Shown here: positions 46,253 to 55,876 of the stretch, piece by piece
Layout: each line of letters begins with the position of its first letter
Position numbering within the stretch: the first letter of the stretch is position 1
Virus record (IMG/VR): IMGVR_UViG_3300010403_000705
Span: 62,001 to 126,000 of that record
Length of the DNA stretch: 64,000 bases
Reading direction: 5' to 3' (one strand)
Program-made: the position numbers and the translations under genes
Notes under the pieces: model-generated
Database searches by the model: none
Seen by the model: only the letters and a program-made list of their open reading frames with translations
Told to the model about the DNA's origin: nothing

Positions 46253-47878
46253 ATGAGTCTCGAAAAAATTCAGCAATTAGTAAGTTCTCTAGCTAAATCA
46301 CTAGATGATAATGAAAAATTAGCTACCCCCATTCTAGCAGCTAAATTAGCTAAGTATGTGGATGTTTACCCATATGATCAAACACTTGGTTCTATGTCAA
46401 GAGTTATTGAAAAAATGGCATCTAATAATACAATTTTTATTAAAAGATCAGATTTTAAATCATTATATAATAAATTGTATACAAGAAATACAAAAATAGC
46501 TGAGCTTTTTCAAGATGAACTTGGTATTGCTAATAACGAAGAATCTAATATCAAGACTTATGAAAGAGATGATGCTGCGCAAATAAATCCATATCAAGTA
46601 GCCGATCCTATTTTATCCAACGCTCTAAATAGTATATTTGATGGCTCTCCAGTGAAAATGTATTCACAGTCATTAGCTAATCAAGCATTAAAATCTGTCA
46701 CATCTACTTTAGATGCATGGAATTTAAAACCCTCTTCATTATTGATAAATGATGGTAATGATAAATTTTTAATGATTAAAGCCGATTATGAAACGCCTAA
46801 GGGTGTAACAAGTTTTTACGTACCTATAGAAATACATAATAATAAGATATCTGAAGCCTCTGTTTTTATGGGTAATTCAGGTCCGCAGGATTTAAATTAT
46901 ACTAATATAAAATCTTATATTACTTCTAATGCAGGCAGTAAACTAAAAGCTACTGGAACTACTATATTAGGACTATTAACAAATGCATATTCTGAAGGTA
47001 GAGAAATAAGCAATGCAGAATTGGCACTGACTAAATTAAATGCCACCAGGCAAAGTCAATCAGAATTTTTCCAGAATCAAATAGTAGGACAGAAAATAGC
47101 AGAGGCATCTACGGTAGATGTAAAAATTCCAAAATATATAATTCCTGAAATGGATAAAAACCATTTTGAGACAACCCTTAATTCCCCCGTTGGTATTGCT
47201 TCTTTTCAGTTTGGCGACGAAAAAGTAAAAATTGGCAGAGAACATATTGTAAGAGAATTAACATCTTATGGACATAAAAATGTGCAAGTAAAGGTTAATG
47301 GAAATGATGATAATACCATTTTTTATGCAGTAGCTTTAGATGCAGGAAGAGTAGGTTTTGTTGTACCCATGAAATTGTTTGAAGGAAAATTATCTAAACC
47401 CTCAGTATTGTTATGTAATGGAACTATATTTTCTTTTAGTAAAGAAGGCGTAAATCAATTATATGTTAATAATCAATCTGATTTTAAGGTAGCAGCAGCA
47501 GCTTCTCCATTATATAATCTTAAACCAAGTGATTTAATTAATAATATTAAGTTAGCATTACAAAGCGGCAATCACGAAAAAGCTGAAGATGCTTTAAATG
47601 TATTAGCAAATTCTGGTGATAATAAAGCGTATGCCATTGGTTTTCAAGCATTTATACAAGGATTATCATTTAATAAGAATGCTTCTAATAACAAGACTAA
47701 AACCTGTGAAATGATAGTTAAGAATGCATCTAGCGAACATCCAATTTGCGCCCATACAGGATTACCAGTTCATAAAACTTATATAGATAAAGATGGTAAT
47801 TGTAGACCGTTATACAGAAAAGGTATGGAAGAGGGATATGAGGGAGCTACCTTCATGAATCATAAGATATTTGGATAA
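46253..47878 (+). CDS. hypothetical protein, probable virion protein with duplicated domain
   Basis: 541 aa; two similar modules (GVTSFYVPIEI..NKI..ASV / GRVGFVVPMKL..GKL..PSV). Confidence 0.65.
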   Translation: MSLEKIQQLVSSLAKSLDDNEKLATPILAAKLAKYVDVYPYDQTLGSMSRVIEKMASNNTIFIKRSDFKSLYNKLYTRNTKIAELFQDELGIANNEESNIKTYERDDAAQINPYQVADPILSNALNSIFDGSPVKMYSQSLANQALKSVTSTLDAWNLKPSSLLINDGNDKFLMIKADYETPKGVTSFYVPIEIHNNKISEASVFMGNSGPQDLNYTNIKSYITSNAGSKLKATGTTILGLLTNAYSEGREISNAELALTKLNATRQSQSEFFQNQIVGQKIAEASTVDVKIPKYIIPEMDKNHFETTLNSPVGIASFQFGDEKVKIGREHIVRELTSYGHKNVQVKVNGNDDNTIFYAVALDAGRVGFVVPMKLFEGKLSKPSVLLCNGTIFSFSKEGVNQLYVNNQSDFKVAAAASPLYNLKPSDLINNIKLALQSGNHEKAEDALNVLANSGDNKAYAIGFQAFIQGLSFNKNASNNKTKTCEMIVKNASSEHPICAHTGLPVHKTYIDKDGNCRPLYRKGMEEGYEGATFMNHKIFG

Positions 47879-47881
47879 AAT

Positions 47882-48733
47882 ATGAGAATATTAAGGTTAG
47901 CTGAATTACTTGTTTTAAAACATGCAGATACATCTCCCCAACAACTAGAAACCAGTCTTCGTAAAGACATTCATGTTTTGTGGGACTATCCAAATAAAAT
48001 TTACAATATATTAAGAGCTTGTGCCGAGTCACATCCTAAAAATCCTAAAAGCCCACATCAAGTTAAAGCTGTGGAAGGTTTTAAATTTTGTCAAGAACTA
48101 TTAGTAATGATAGATTATTTACAATCTAATGTAGATACTATTCCATTAGGTCAAATAAGAGAAATTTTAAATAAAATAGTACTTCTTATTAAAAATAACA
48201 TTAATTTAAAATTTAATGCTAATGGAAAACCAGATGAAGAGGGGGAAAAGGCATCAGTACAATTTCCACATGTTTCTGAATTAATTTTCGAAATGATACC
48301 TGTTACCACTAAACATACTAGAACATTGCGAGACCAACAATTTAATAAAGTTAAAACTGGTTTTTCGAGAATTCTCAGTCTTTCTCTCAGTATGTTAGAA
48401 AAAATTTCAAAGTTAGAAATGTTGGTACCTGAAAAATTTCAATATGCAAATGTTACTGATATTGATATTGATCAAGAGCTTCCAAGTAGATTTACACCAA
48501 ATAGAACTACACTATCGGTATATGATATAATAGATTTCATTAGGCAACATGGGTTAGAATATGGTATATCTACTACAGAAGATTGGGCAACAGTATTTAG
48601 AGATGACCCGCAATTAAAAGAAGATATAACTACTGTTATTAATGCTATTAACAGAGGACATTATCCTAGTGGTTCTGCTGACATTAAAATGGAAATAGCC
48701 AGAATTCTAAAAGAACATGAAGAAAGAAAATAA
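47882..48733 (+). CDS. hypothetical protein, morphogenesis cluster
   Basis: 283 aa; N-terminal LVLKHA. Confidence 0.6.
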   Translation: MRILRLAELLVLKHADTSPQQLETSLRKDIHVLWDYPNKIYNILRACAESHPKNPKSPHQVKAVEGFKFCQELLVMIDYLQSNVDTIPLGQIREILNKIVLLIKNNINLKFNANGKPDEEGEKASVQFPHVSELIFEMIPVTTKHTRTLRDQQFNKVKTGFSRILSLSLSMLEKISKLEMLVPEKFQYANVTDIDIDQELPSRFTPNRTTLSVYDIIDFIRQHGLEYGISTTEDWATVFRDDPQLKEDITTVINAINRGHYPSGSADIKMEIARILKEHEERK

Positions 48734-48756
48734 AAATTTTTAAGTAATGAGGGAAT

Positions 48757-49467
48757 ATGAGAATTTCAGAAATGTTACAAGCCATTGCGTCATGGCTAGA
48801 AAGTCCAGATAATGAAGCATTACTTTTAGCAGAATATGATGAGGATTGTTTAAAAGTGGTAGCAGAATCTTGTGTAGAGGCTGCTGCTGCTTTAAAAAAA
48901 GCAGCGTATAAGGTTGAAACAATTGAGCCCGCCGAACAGTCTCATATAACCTCTGAATCACTTCAAGGATTAGCTCAAATAGCAAATGCATTTGATACTT
49001 CTGGAGATATAAATTTAAAAAAACAAGCTTCTGTTATAGATGAATTATTGTTAACCATTGCTGCGCCACCTAATGCTCAAGCGTCTCGTAAAGATCTAGA
49101 AGATAACAGGATCGAAGAGTTAAAGAAAAAATATGAAAATCCACGTAAAGAGTTAGAAAAAACCAATAAAATTGCAGACTCTGAAAAAGGTATTGAAAAA
49201 AGCAAAATGACTAAACAATATTCTATTTTGGAAGCTCCTTTGAGCTCAAGATATTGCCCAGATCATGCTGGTGCGCAAATTGCTCGTATAGGCGAGCATC
49301 TATGGCAATGCGAACTAGACAAAAAAATCTATAATTTTGAAACTGGATTCGAATTAAATAATGGAACAAAAGTTCCGGGCGGTGATGTTTCTCAACAAAC
49401 ACAGGGATTAAATGTTCCTTCACATACTATCTTCGATACTAGAGAAGGTAGATTAGGAAATAATTAA
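48757..49467 (+). CDS. hypothetical protein, morphogenesis cluster
   Basis: 236 aa; LKKQAS, CPDH motif. Confidence 0.65.
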   Translation: MRISEMLQAIASWLESPDNEALLLAEYDEDCLKVVAESCVEAAAALKKAAYKVETIEPAEQSHITSESLQGLAQIANAFDTSGDINLKKQASVIDELLLTIAAPPNAQASRKDLEDNRIEELKKKYENPRKELEKTNKIADSEKGIEKSKMTKQYSILEAPLSSRYCPDHAGAQIARIGEHLWQCELDKKIYNFETGFELNNGTKVPGGDVSQQTQGLNVPSHTIFDTREGRLGNN

Positions 49468-49482
49468 CCATGAGAATCAACC

Positions 49483-50238
49483 ATGAACAAGAATGCTTTA
49501 AAAAAAATATTGGACCATCCAGATAAAGATGAAATTATATCTAAATTAGTTATTGGTATTCCGTCTAAAAGTATACATGATTGGTTAGAATCTAAATATA
49601 CCAATATAAATGAGGCAAAATTTGTTATTGCGGAAAAGTCCATTAAATCTTTTAAAGATAATTATTTAGATCTTTATAGCATCATTCAGGAAGATTTAAT
49701 AAAAACCAAATCAGCATTAATAAATAATACTCAAGATAATCTGCAACTTTCTATTCAAAATCTGCCAACATATAAAAATATTATTTTAAAATCTGCCGAA
49801 GAAGAGTTAGATATTAGGCAAGTTATTAAAAGAATGGTTGTGGGATTAGAAACACGTTTCTCACAAGTATTCGATGAAATACAAGAAGATCCGCGAAATA
49901 TTAATACTAGAGTGGATAGATTAGTAATTGAATATGCGGAAGTTATAAGTAATTTATTAGATAAGTGTCATAAATTTACAGAGCAGCCAGCAAATCAAGT
50001 AATTCAACATAATGTTACTTTACAAGTAGTAGATCAGCATATTTCTGTATTTCATGATGTGATTAAAGAAGTTTTGTCACAAATGGATTTAGAAACTTCT
50101 TTATATTTTATGGAAGTTTTTAATGAAAAAATGGCTAAATTAAAAGCTCCTGATAAAGATATGCCTATTAGTTCAGAAATCAGATTAGCAGAAGCTAAAT
50201 TACTTAATGAAACAATTAACAAAAAAATCAATGAGTGA
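49483..50238 (+). CDS. hypothetical helical protein, possible terminase small subunit
   Basis: N-terminal HTH-like HPDKDEIISKL..G...I..WL then coiled coils; lies upstream of terminase/portal. Confidence 0.35.
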   Translation: MNKNALKKILDHPDKDEIISKLVIGIPSKSIHDWLESKYTNINEAKFVIAEKSIKSFKDNYLDLYSIIQEDLIKTKSALINNTQDNLQLSIQNLPTYKNIILKSAEEELDIRQVIKRMVVGLETRFSQVFDEIQEDPRNINTRVDRLVIEYAEVISNLLDKCHKFTEQPANQVIQHNVTLQVVDQHISVFHDVIKEVLSQMDLETSLYFMEVFNEKMAKLKAPDKDMPISSEIRLAEAKLLNETINKKINE

Positions 50239-52088
50239 ATTTTATGACAAGTACTAAACACAAACCAGAATTAAAACCTGATATACCATATTCTGAAATT
50301 GTACATAGTACTCGTGTACCAGTAGAAGATGAAATCTTAAAAGATCCTGATGTTGCTGGAAAAATTGATAAATTATTAAATTTTTTTAATGAAACAGGAA
50401 TAAGGTATGGGGATTTTGATATTGATCCTGAGCAGGATCCACTAAAAGGGCTGAGAAGAACTGACACTTATAATAAAAAAGCTTATCCTAACACAGATTA
50501 TTATGTACATATTCCTGGACAGCATAACACTGAGAAATGGTTACAAGCAGTTAAAGAAGTTTATTATAAAGAAAGAAATGGATCTAATCGTGTATTAGCT
50601 ATTAGACAGGCTACTAATGGTTGGAATCCTATGGAAACTTATGATTTTTTGAATTGGTTAAGATATTATGAAGGTGCTACACATTTAAAATATAAGTTTG
50701 CTCAATTATGGTATGAAAACGGAGCTCCTGGATATTTTCTTCATGTTAAACCAGATGCCAAAAAAGAAGAGCCTTCTGTTGAAGGAAAAGATATTGATAT
50801 GGCACGAGACGCTATTTCTAACGAAATGTCTTCATCAGAAAAAAAACACATAATAGAGAAACAGAGAAACAAAATTGTTGGAAGGCTAGATTCTGCAGAA
50901 AAATTACTAAGGACACGTGATGGTCAAGTTTTTGCAGGAAAAGAATTTGAAACATTATTGGAAGCTATTTATCAATTAAAGAAAAAGCTACAAATGGTAA
51001 ACAAAATTAGCACTTCTACAAAAATATATGATGATATGATTGTAAGAGAAGCTAATATTTTATCCAAAAAAGGTTTTGTTAAAGCGGGAAATTTATTGTT
51101 ATCATTATCACAAGCTAATAATCCTCCTCCTGAAGGTTTGGGTAACACTGTTAACAAATCACAAATATCGTTAACTCCAGTATCACCAGTACCCCCGCAA
51201 CAGGGCGCTGGTTCGGCAGGCGGCTTACCTTCTATGGGACCAGGTATACCTCAAACTCTGCCAGAAAATTCATCTAGTGAACTGCCGCCAAAAGGAATAA
51301 GTGAATTCTTAGAGAATTTAGATGTTGGGTCAAAAGATAATAATTCTTCAGATACATTGGAGATACAAGATACTTTAGATATTAATGACCTTGAAGAAGA
51401 AGTTCTCGTTACCCATGCACAAGATGTTAAACCACCTACTGTGCCAATAAACACTCCTTCTAATAAAACAGATAAAATAGATAAGCCATTGGAAATCAAA
51501 CAAAATTCACCAGAAGTAAATGGTGACAAATTATCTCCACAAAATAGAGATTTTGATAACATGATTGATTCTCTTTTTTCACACATCAGTATTAATGATA
51601 TTGTAGCGAAATTAGAAGATATTTCTAAAATATATAAAACTAGAGAAATACCGAGACAATTATCTATCATAGATATGATGTTAGATAGTAAAGGGTTAGC
51701 GGCATATTTCCCTTCATTGTCGGAAGCCATTAATAAAGCGCTAGAATCTAATAACTATATCTCTACCCGCATAGATGATATTTTAGCTAAACTAACTGGT
51801 GGTATAGAAGGTAGAGATCTTGATTTGAAGGGTGAAATGACCCCAAAAACAAATTCTCCAGAAATTGAAAATCTGAAACAAAATTTGAAATTACAAGAAG
51901 ACAAAGAAAAGGCTAGAAAGAAATTAAGAAAAGAGCAATCAGATCAAGAATTAGATTTATCTAATTCGCCTAAGGAAACTCCTGAAATAGATATTGAAGA
52001 AGATCTAAGTCGACCTCTCCCTTCTAAAGAACAAACTGCTAGTCCTCCAGCCGCTCCTGTCGCTAAACCAACACCAGTTACTAAATAA
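50235..52088 (+). CDS. hypothetical protein with Pro-rich linkers, probable head/scaffold-associated protein
   Basis: 617 aa; several K-x-A sites; low-complexity linkers. Confidence 0.6.
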   Translation: MNFMTSTKHKPELKPDIPYSEIVHSTRVPVEDEILKDPDVAGKIDKLLNFFNETGIRYGDFDIDPEQDPLKGLRRTDTYNKKAYPNTDYYVHIPGQHNTEKWLQAVKEVYYKERNGSNRVLAIRQATNGWNPMETYDFLNWLRYYEGATHLKYKFAQLWYENGAPGYFLHVKPDAKKEEPSVEGKDIDMARDAISNEMSSSEKKHIIEKQRNKIVGRLDSAEKLLRTRDGQVFAGKEFETLLEAIYQLKKKLQMVNKISTSTKIYDDMIVREANILSKKGFVKAGNLLLSLSQANNPPPEGLGNTVNKSQISLTPVSPVPPQQGAGSAGGLPSMGPGIPQTLPENSSSELPPKGISEFLENLDVGSKDNNSSDTLEIQDTLDINDLEEEVLVTHAQDVKPPTVPINTPSNKTDKIDKPLEIKQNSPEVNGDKLSPQNRDFDNMIDSLFSHISINDIVAKLEDISKIYKTREIPRQLSIIDMMLDSKGLAAYFPSLSEAINKALESNNYISTRIDDILAKLTGGIEGRDLDLKGEMTPKTNSPEIENLKQNLKLQEDKEKARKKLRKEQSDQELDLSNSPKETPEIDIEEDLSRPLPSKEQTASPPAAPVAKPTPVTK

Positions 52089-52091
52089 TAT

Positions 52092-52865
52092 ATGAAACTT
52101 CGTGAATTACTTTTTCAAATGAAAGAAGTACAAAAGAAAGCAGATACTTCTGAACCTTATATTTGTGGTGGTACACCTAGAGATAAGTATTTGAAAAGAT
52201 TAGATAATATTTCTGATTTAGATATTACCACTGGAGATAAATCTGTAGACTATCTATCTCAGATGTTTGCAGAAGAATTAAAGAAAAAATATAATGTGGA
52301 CAGAAAATCTATGGAAGATGGACATAGTACTATTTTTATTGGTAACTTAAAAATAGATTTTTCATCAAATTTTAATGTACCTAATATAGATAAGATTTTG
52401 TTTAAGAAAGGTATTAATAAACCTACTGAAATGCAGAAAGAAATGTTTAGTAGAGATTTTACTTGCAATGCATTGTTACTATCACTAGATTTAGTTAATA
52501 TTATTGATCCAACACATAAAGGATTTATTGACATCAAGGAAAAAAAAATTAAAACATGCTTAAGTCCAGACATTACTTTAACTACAAATAGAAATAGGGT
52601 AGTAAGAGCTGTATATTTGGCTTCTAAATTAGGTTTTGATATTGATAGTTCAATAATAGATTATGTACGAAAAAATCCAAATACTGTAAGAATAGCTACA
52701 GAAAAATCATTAACAGATAAATTAAATGAAGCTTTTAAAAGAGATGGTGATCGTGCTAGTTATTTTCTTACCAAAATGGAGTTATGGAATTACGTACCTA
52801 TTACAGAAATAATGTATCCATTTTATAATGTACATACCAAAGGTAAATCAAATGTCACAAAATAA
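52092..52865 (+). CDS. CCA-adding/poly(A) polymerase family (class II) nucleotidyltransferase, short form
   Basis: CGGTPRD...DLDITT, SRDFTCNAL, IIDP...G..DI, R.VRA..L..KLGF. Confidence 0.85.
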   Translation: MKLRELLFQMKEVQKKADTSEPYICGGTPRDKYLKRLDNISDLDITTGDKSVDYLSQMFAEELKKKYNVDRKSMEDGHSTIFIGNLKIDFSSNFNVPNIDKILFKKGINKPTEMQKEMFSRDFTCNALLLSLDLVNIIDPTHKGFIDIKEKKIKTCLSPDITLTTNRNRVVRAVYLASKLGFDIDSSIIDYVRKNPNTVRIATEKSLTDKLNEAFKRDGDRASYFLTKMELWNYVPITEIMYPFYNVHTKGKSNVTK

Positions 52866-53562
52866 AAAAGCATATTTCCAAGGCACTGAAGAGCCAACGC
52901 CAAAAAAGAAAAAATATAAATCAGAAAAAGCCATATTAGTACAACCTCGCTTTAAGGAACCATTTTATAGTAATTATGATTTATATGATACAGAGGGTCT
53001 AGATGGAAATACAAAATTAGGTCCAGGTGCTGGATGGCATAGCATGCATAAATATAAGAGTATCAAAGAATTTAGGGACGCAAAAAGAAAGCGTATGCAA
53101 GATAAATACAAAGCTGACGATTTTTGGATTGAAGATACAGCTTCTAACAGGAATCAGCGTATTGAAAAAATGAAAATAAGAGCCGAAATTGTTAAAAGTT
53201 TAATTAAGATAGCTATAGATTTTCCTATAGATGATCAAATAAATTCGGGCTCTATTACAGGTGATTCTGGATGCTATACTGACGGAGCACAACTAGGCGG
53301 TGAATTAGATGAATATTTAATGAAAAATGATTTTGAAGAAAAATCGCCAGATCAATTAAATTTTGGTAGAGATTATATTGAAGATCAGTACCCTAATTCC
53401 AAATTAAACAAATTACAAGAAAAATATATTCAACCAACAGAGCCGTCTCTATATGGCTTGCCAGACGGCGTAGATATAAAAGAAGATTTAAATATAGCTG
53501 GTATAGAACAATCACAGTATGGAGTAACAGATTTTGGAAATACATTTTACAACGAAATATAA
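52852..53562 (+). CDS. hypothetical protein, morphogenesis cluster
   Basis: ATG 52852 with AAAGG RBS; NKKAY and LIKIA motifs. Confidence 0.6.
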   Translation: MSQNKKAYFQGTEEPTPKKKKYKSEKAILVQPRFKEPFYSNYDLYDTEGLDGNTKLGPGAGWHSMHKYKSIKEFRDAKRKRMQDKYKADDFWIEDTASNRNQRIEKMKIRAEIVKSLIKIAIDFPIDDQINSGSITGDSGCYTDGAQLGGELDEYLMKNDFEEKSPDQLNFGRDYIEDQYPNSKLNKLQEKYIQPTEPSLYGLPDGVDIKEDLNIAGIEQSQYGVTDFGNTFYNEI

Positions 53563-53631
53563 GTCTAACTAGCTATTATTACATATAAATGTATATCAAT
53601 TAATAATGACTCTTAAGAAGGTATTTAAAAT

Positions 53632-54549
53632 ATGTCTCTAAAATCAATGGCTCAAGAATTAATAGTAATAGATCCTACTTCATTTAATCATGAAGCGCCA
53701 CCACAAGATTCTGTAATTCCTATTGTTCCATTAGAAGTATCTACTTTTAACGATTCTCCTAATGAAGAACTACAAGTATCTGATAGTGGAGACATAGTAA
53801 TTGAGTTAGGAGACTTACCAGGTGCCCCTCCAGGGACCACAGATCCTAAAGAAGAGGAAGAATCTGTTTTAGAAGTAACAGATGAATCTGCAGCTAGTGA
53901 TGAAGAGGACGCAAAAAAATCTAAGAAAAATGAAAAATGGGATTGGGAATCCCATGGACCACATGGTTTTATTGCGTGGATTAAAACAAGAATTGATGAC
54001 GTGCCGAAACATTCAGGATATGATTCGGCAGGTCTTGAAAGAGCCATGTCTTACATGGAAAGGCTAGATAATGAAATTTCTAGAGCTATGAGAATGGATT
54101 TAGATGGTGAATTAGATGCTAATAAAATAGAAGAAGTAAGATCAAAAATAGATGAAGGATTATCTAGTTTACATGCTAGGTTAGACAAAGTTAAAAAAAG
54201 TACTAAAGCTCGTCGCAAGAAAAAATCTGATTACACAGAAGAAGGTATAATTAAGGAAGGGCAAAAGATAACAGGTGTACAAGGTGTTTTTGTTACCGTA
54301 CCTTTATTGATTTCTGGAATTGGAAGAATATGTATAAATAGTATGGTATCTGCTGGTCATGACATTGAAGATGTTTATGCAGAACAGGTAAAAAAATGGG
54401 GATTGAATGATAGAGAAAAAGCAGAAGTAAGATGGTTTTTATATGATTTAGGATACCCTATGCGTGGAGATAGAGGCTACATGCCAGAAGAAGATATAGA
54501 TACTTCATCATCAAATAATTTCGATTGGGCAGCCAATTATAAAGGATAA
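53632..54549 (+). CDS. hypothetical protein, morphogenesis cluster
   Basis: 305 aa; acidic N-terminal half; IIKEGQ motif. Confidence 0.65.
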   Translation: MSLKSMAQELIVIDPTSFNHEAPPQDSVIPIVPLEVSTFNDSPNEELQVSDSGDIVIELGDLPGAPPGTTDPKEEEESVLEVTDESAASDEEDAKKSKKNEKWDWESHGPHGFIAWIKTRIDDVPKHSGYDSAGLERAMSYMERLDNEISRAMRMDLDGELDANKIEEVRSKIDEGLSSLHARLDKVKKSTKARRKKKSDYTEEGIIKEGQKITGVQGVFVTVPLLISGIGRICINSMVSAGHDIEDVYAEQVKKWGLNDREKAEVRWFLYDLGYPMRGDRGYMPEEDIDTSSSNNFDWAANYKG

Positions 54550-54552
54550 GTT

Positions 54553-55206
54553 ATGTCAAAATATACAAGATACCAATCCACTATATCACGCCATTCAGAT
54601 GCATATATAGATGAAGATAATTGGATTAATAAACTAGAAAAATCTTTGAAAAAAGATGCTGTGCAGCCAAAAAGAGTAGATCAATCTATATTTGAACAAA
54701 TTACTACTATTATGAATGGTAAATCTAAATATACTTCAGTCCAAGCAGCAGTAGATGATATGAAAAATAGAAGTGGATTGACAGCTTACCTAGATAAAAT
54801 AAATAAAATTTCTAATGACGAAAAACACAATAATAAAAAAATAGCATCAGATGACAATAAAGTTATAGATAAAAAAATAACAATGATTCCTATTGTTTTT
54901 TCAAAATGTCCTAAAATACAGCAAACGGCAGCCAACCATATAAAAACTACCAGAGGTAACTTGCCTGTACCTGCTATTATCGAGAAAATAAAATCAATTC
55001 ATCATAATGATGTTTCTGATGCTAACGATTGGGAAGACGATAAATTAATTAAACAAATTAGTAGAATGAATTTAGAAGAAAAAAGTAAAAATGGGATTAC
55101 TGAGCAAGATTATAATAATTTAGGTATGGCTGATGATAGTAATGATATGGAAATTGATCCATCAAATACCGACGCCTTTCATGCTTTAAACCCTGTTAAA
55201 TTATAA
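54553..55206 (+). CDS. hypothetical protein, morphogenesis cluster
   Basis: 217 aa; NKKIAS motif. Confidence 0.65.
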   Translation: MSKYTRYQSTISRHSDAYIDEDNWINKLEKSLKKDAVQPKRVDQSIFEQITTIMNGKSKYTSVQAAVDDMKNRSGLTAYLDKINKISNDEKHNNKKIASDDNKVIDKKITMIPIVFSKCPKIQQTAANHIKTTRGNLPVPAIIEKIKSIHHNDVSDANDWEDDKLIKQISRMNLEEKSKNGITEQDYNNLGMADDSNDMEIDPSNTDAFHALNPVKL

Positions 55207-55849
55207 TTTCTGATATATTTTTTAATAGAGATATTTTGTTATAATTACAGTTAAAACATAAAACTTGAAATTTCAGATTATGAGGAAATTTATTTTTAAT
55301 TAGCCATCTATAAAATTTTATTCCATTTTTGCATTTGATTGGTGTGTTGTTGATATCACTATATAATGTTAATTTTTCTATTTTGTCTTCTTGGCACTCC
55401 ACACACTGTCCACCATAATTATCTATAACCTTTTTTTTATCTCTGAAGGCATATTTATCTTTATAAATTTTATTTTTACTACAATTATGGCACAATACTT
55501 GATATCCATCTTTTATGATCGGATTATTATAAAGCCACTCATAAACATTATTTATTTTTTTATCATGATTATTATATACTATAGTTAATTTGTAATAATC
55601 ATCTTCGTGGCATTTAACACAACTATTACCATAAGAGAAAATAACAGCACTTTTTCTAAAATGATATCTTGCTGCTTGTTTTCTATTATAATTTATATCT
55701 GTTTTATGATATTGTCTACTATATTGTTTAAAACATGTGGTACAAATATAATTACTCCTTTTATGTAAATATTTTAACCAGTTGTTTTCAGTAAGCATAA
55801 TACCACATTTGATACAACATTTTAGACTAGATTTTTTCTGTGACTTCAT
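55196..55849 (-). CDS. HNH-like homing endonuclease with duplicated domain, possibly degenerate
   Basis: Two repeats YG..CV.C.ED....LT...YxWL......YQVLC.NC; antisense insertion before terminase. Confidence 0.75.
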   Translation of the reverse strand: MKSQKKSSLKCCIKCGIMLTENNWLKYLHKRSNYICTTCFKQYSRQYHKTDINYNRKQAARYHFRKSAVIFSYGNSCVKCHEDDYYKLTIVYNNHDKKINNVYEWLYNNPIIKDGYQVLCHNCSKNKIYKDKYAFRDKKKVIDNYGGQCVECQEDKIEKLTLYSDINNTPIKCKNGIKFYRWLIKNKFPHNLKFQVLCFNCNYNKISLLKNISEIII

Positions 55850-55876
55850 ATCAAGGCATATATCATTATTCTTACT

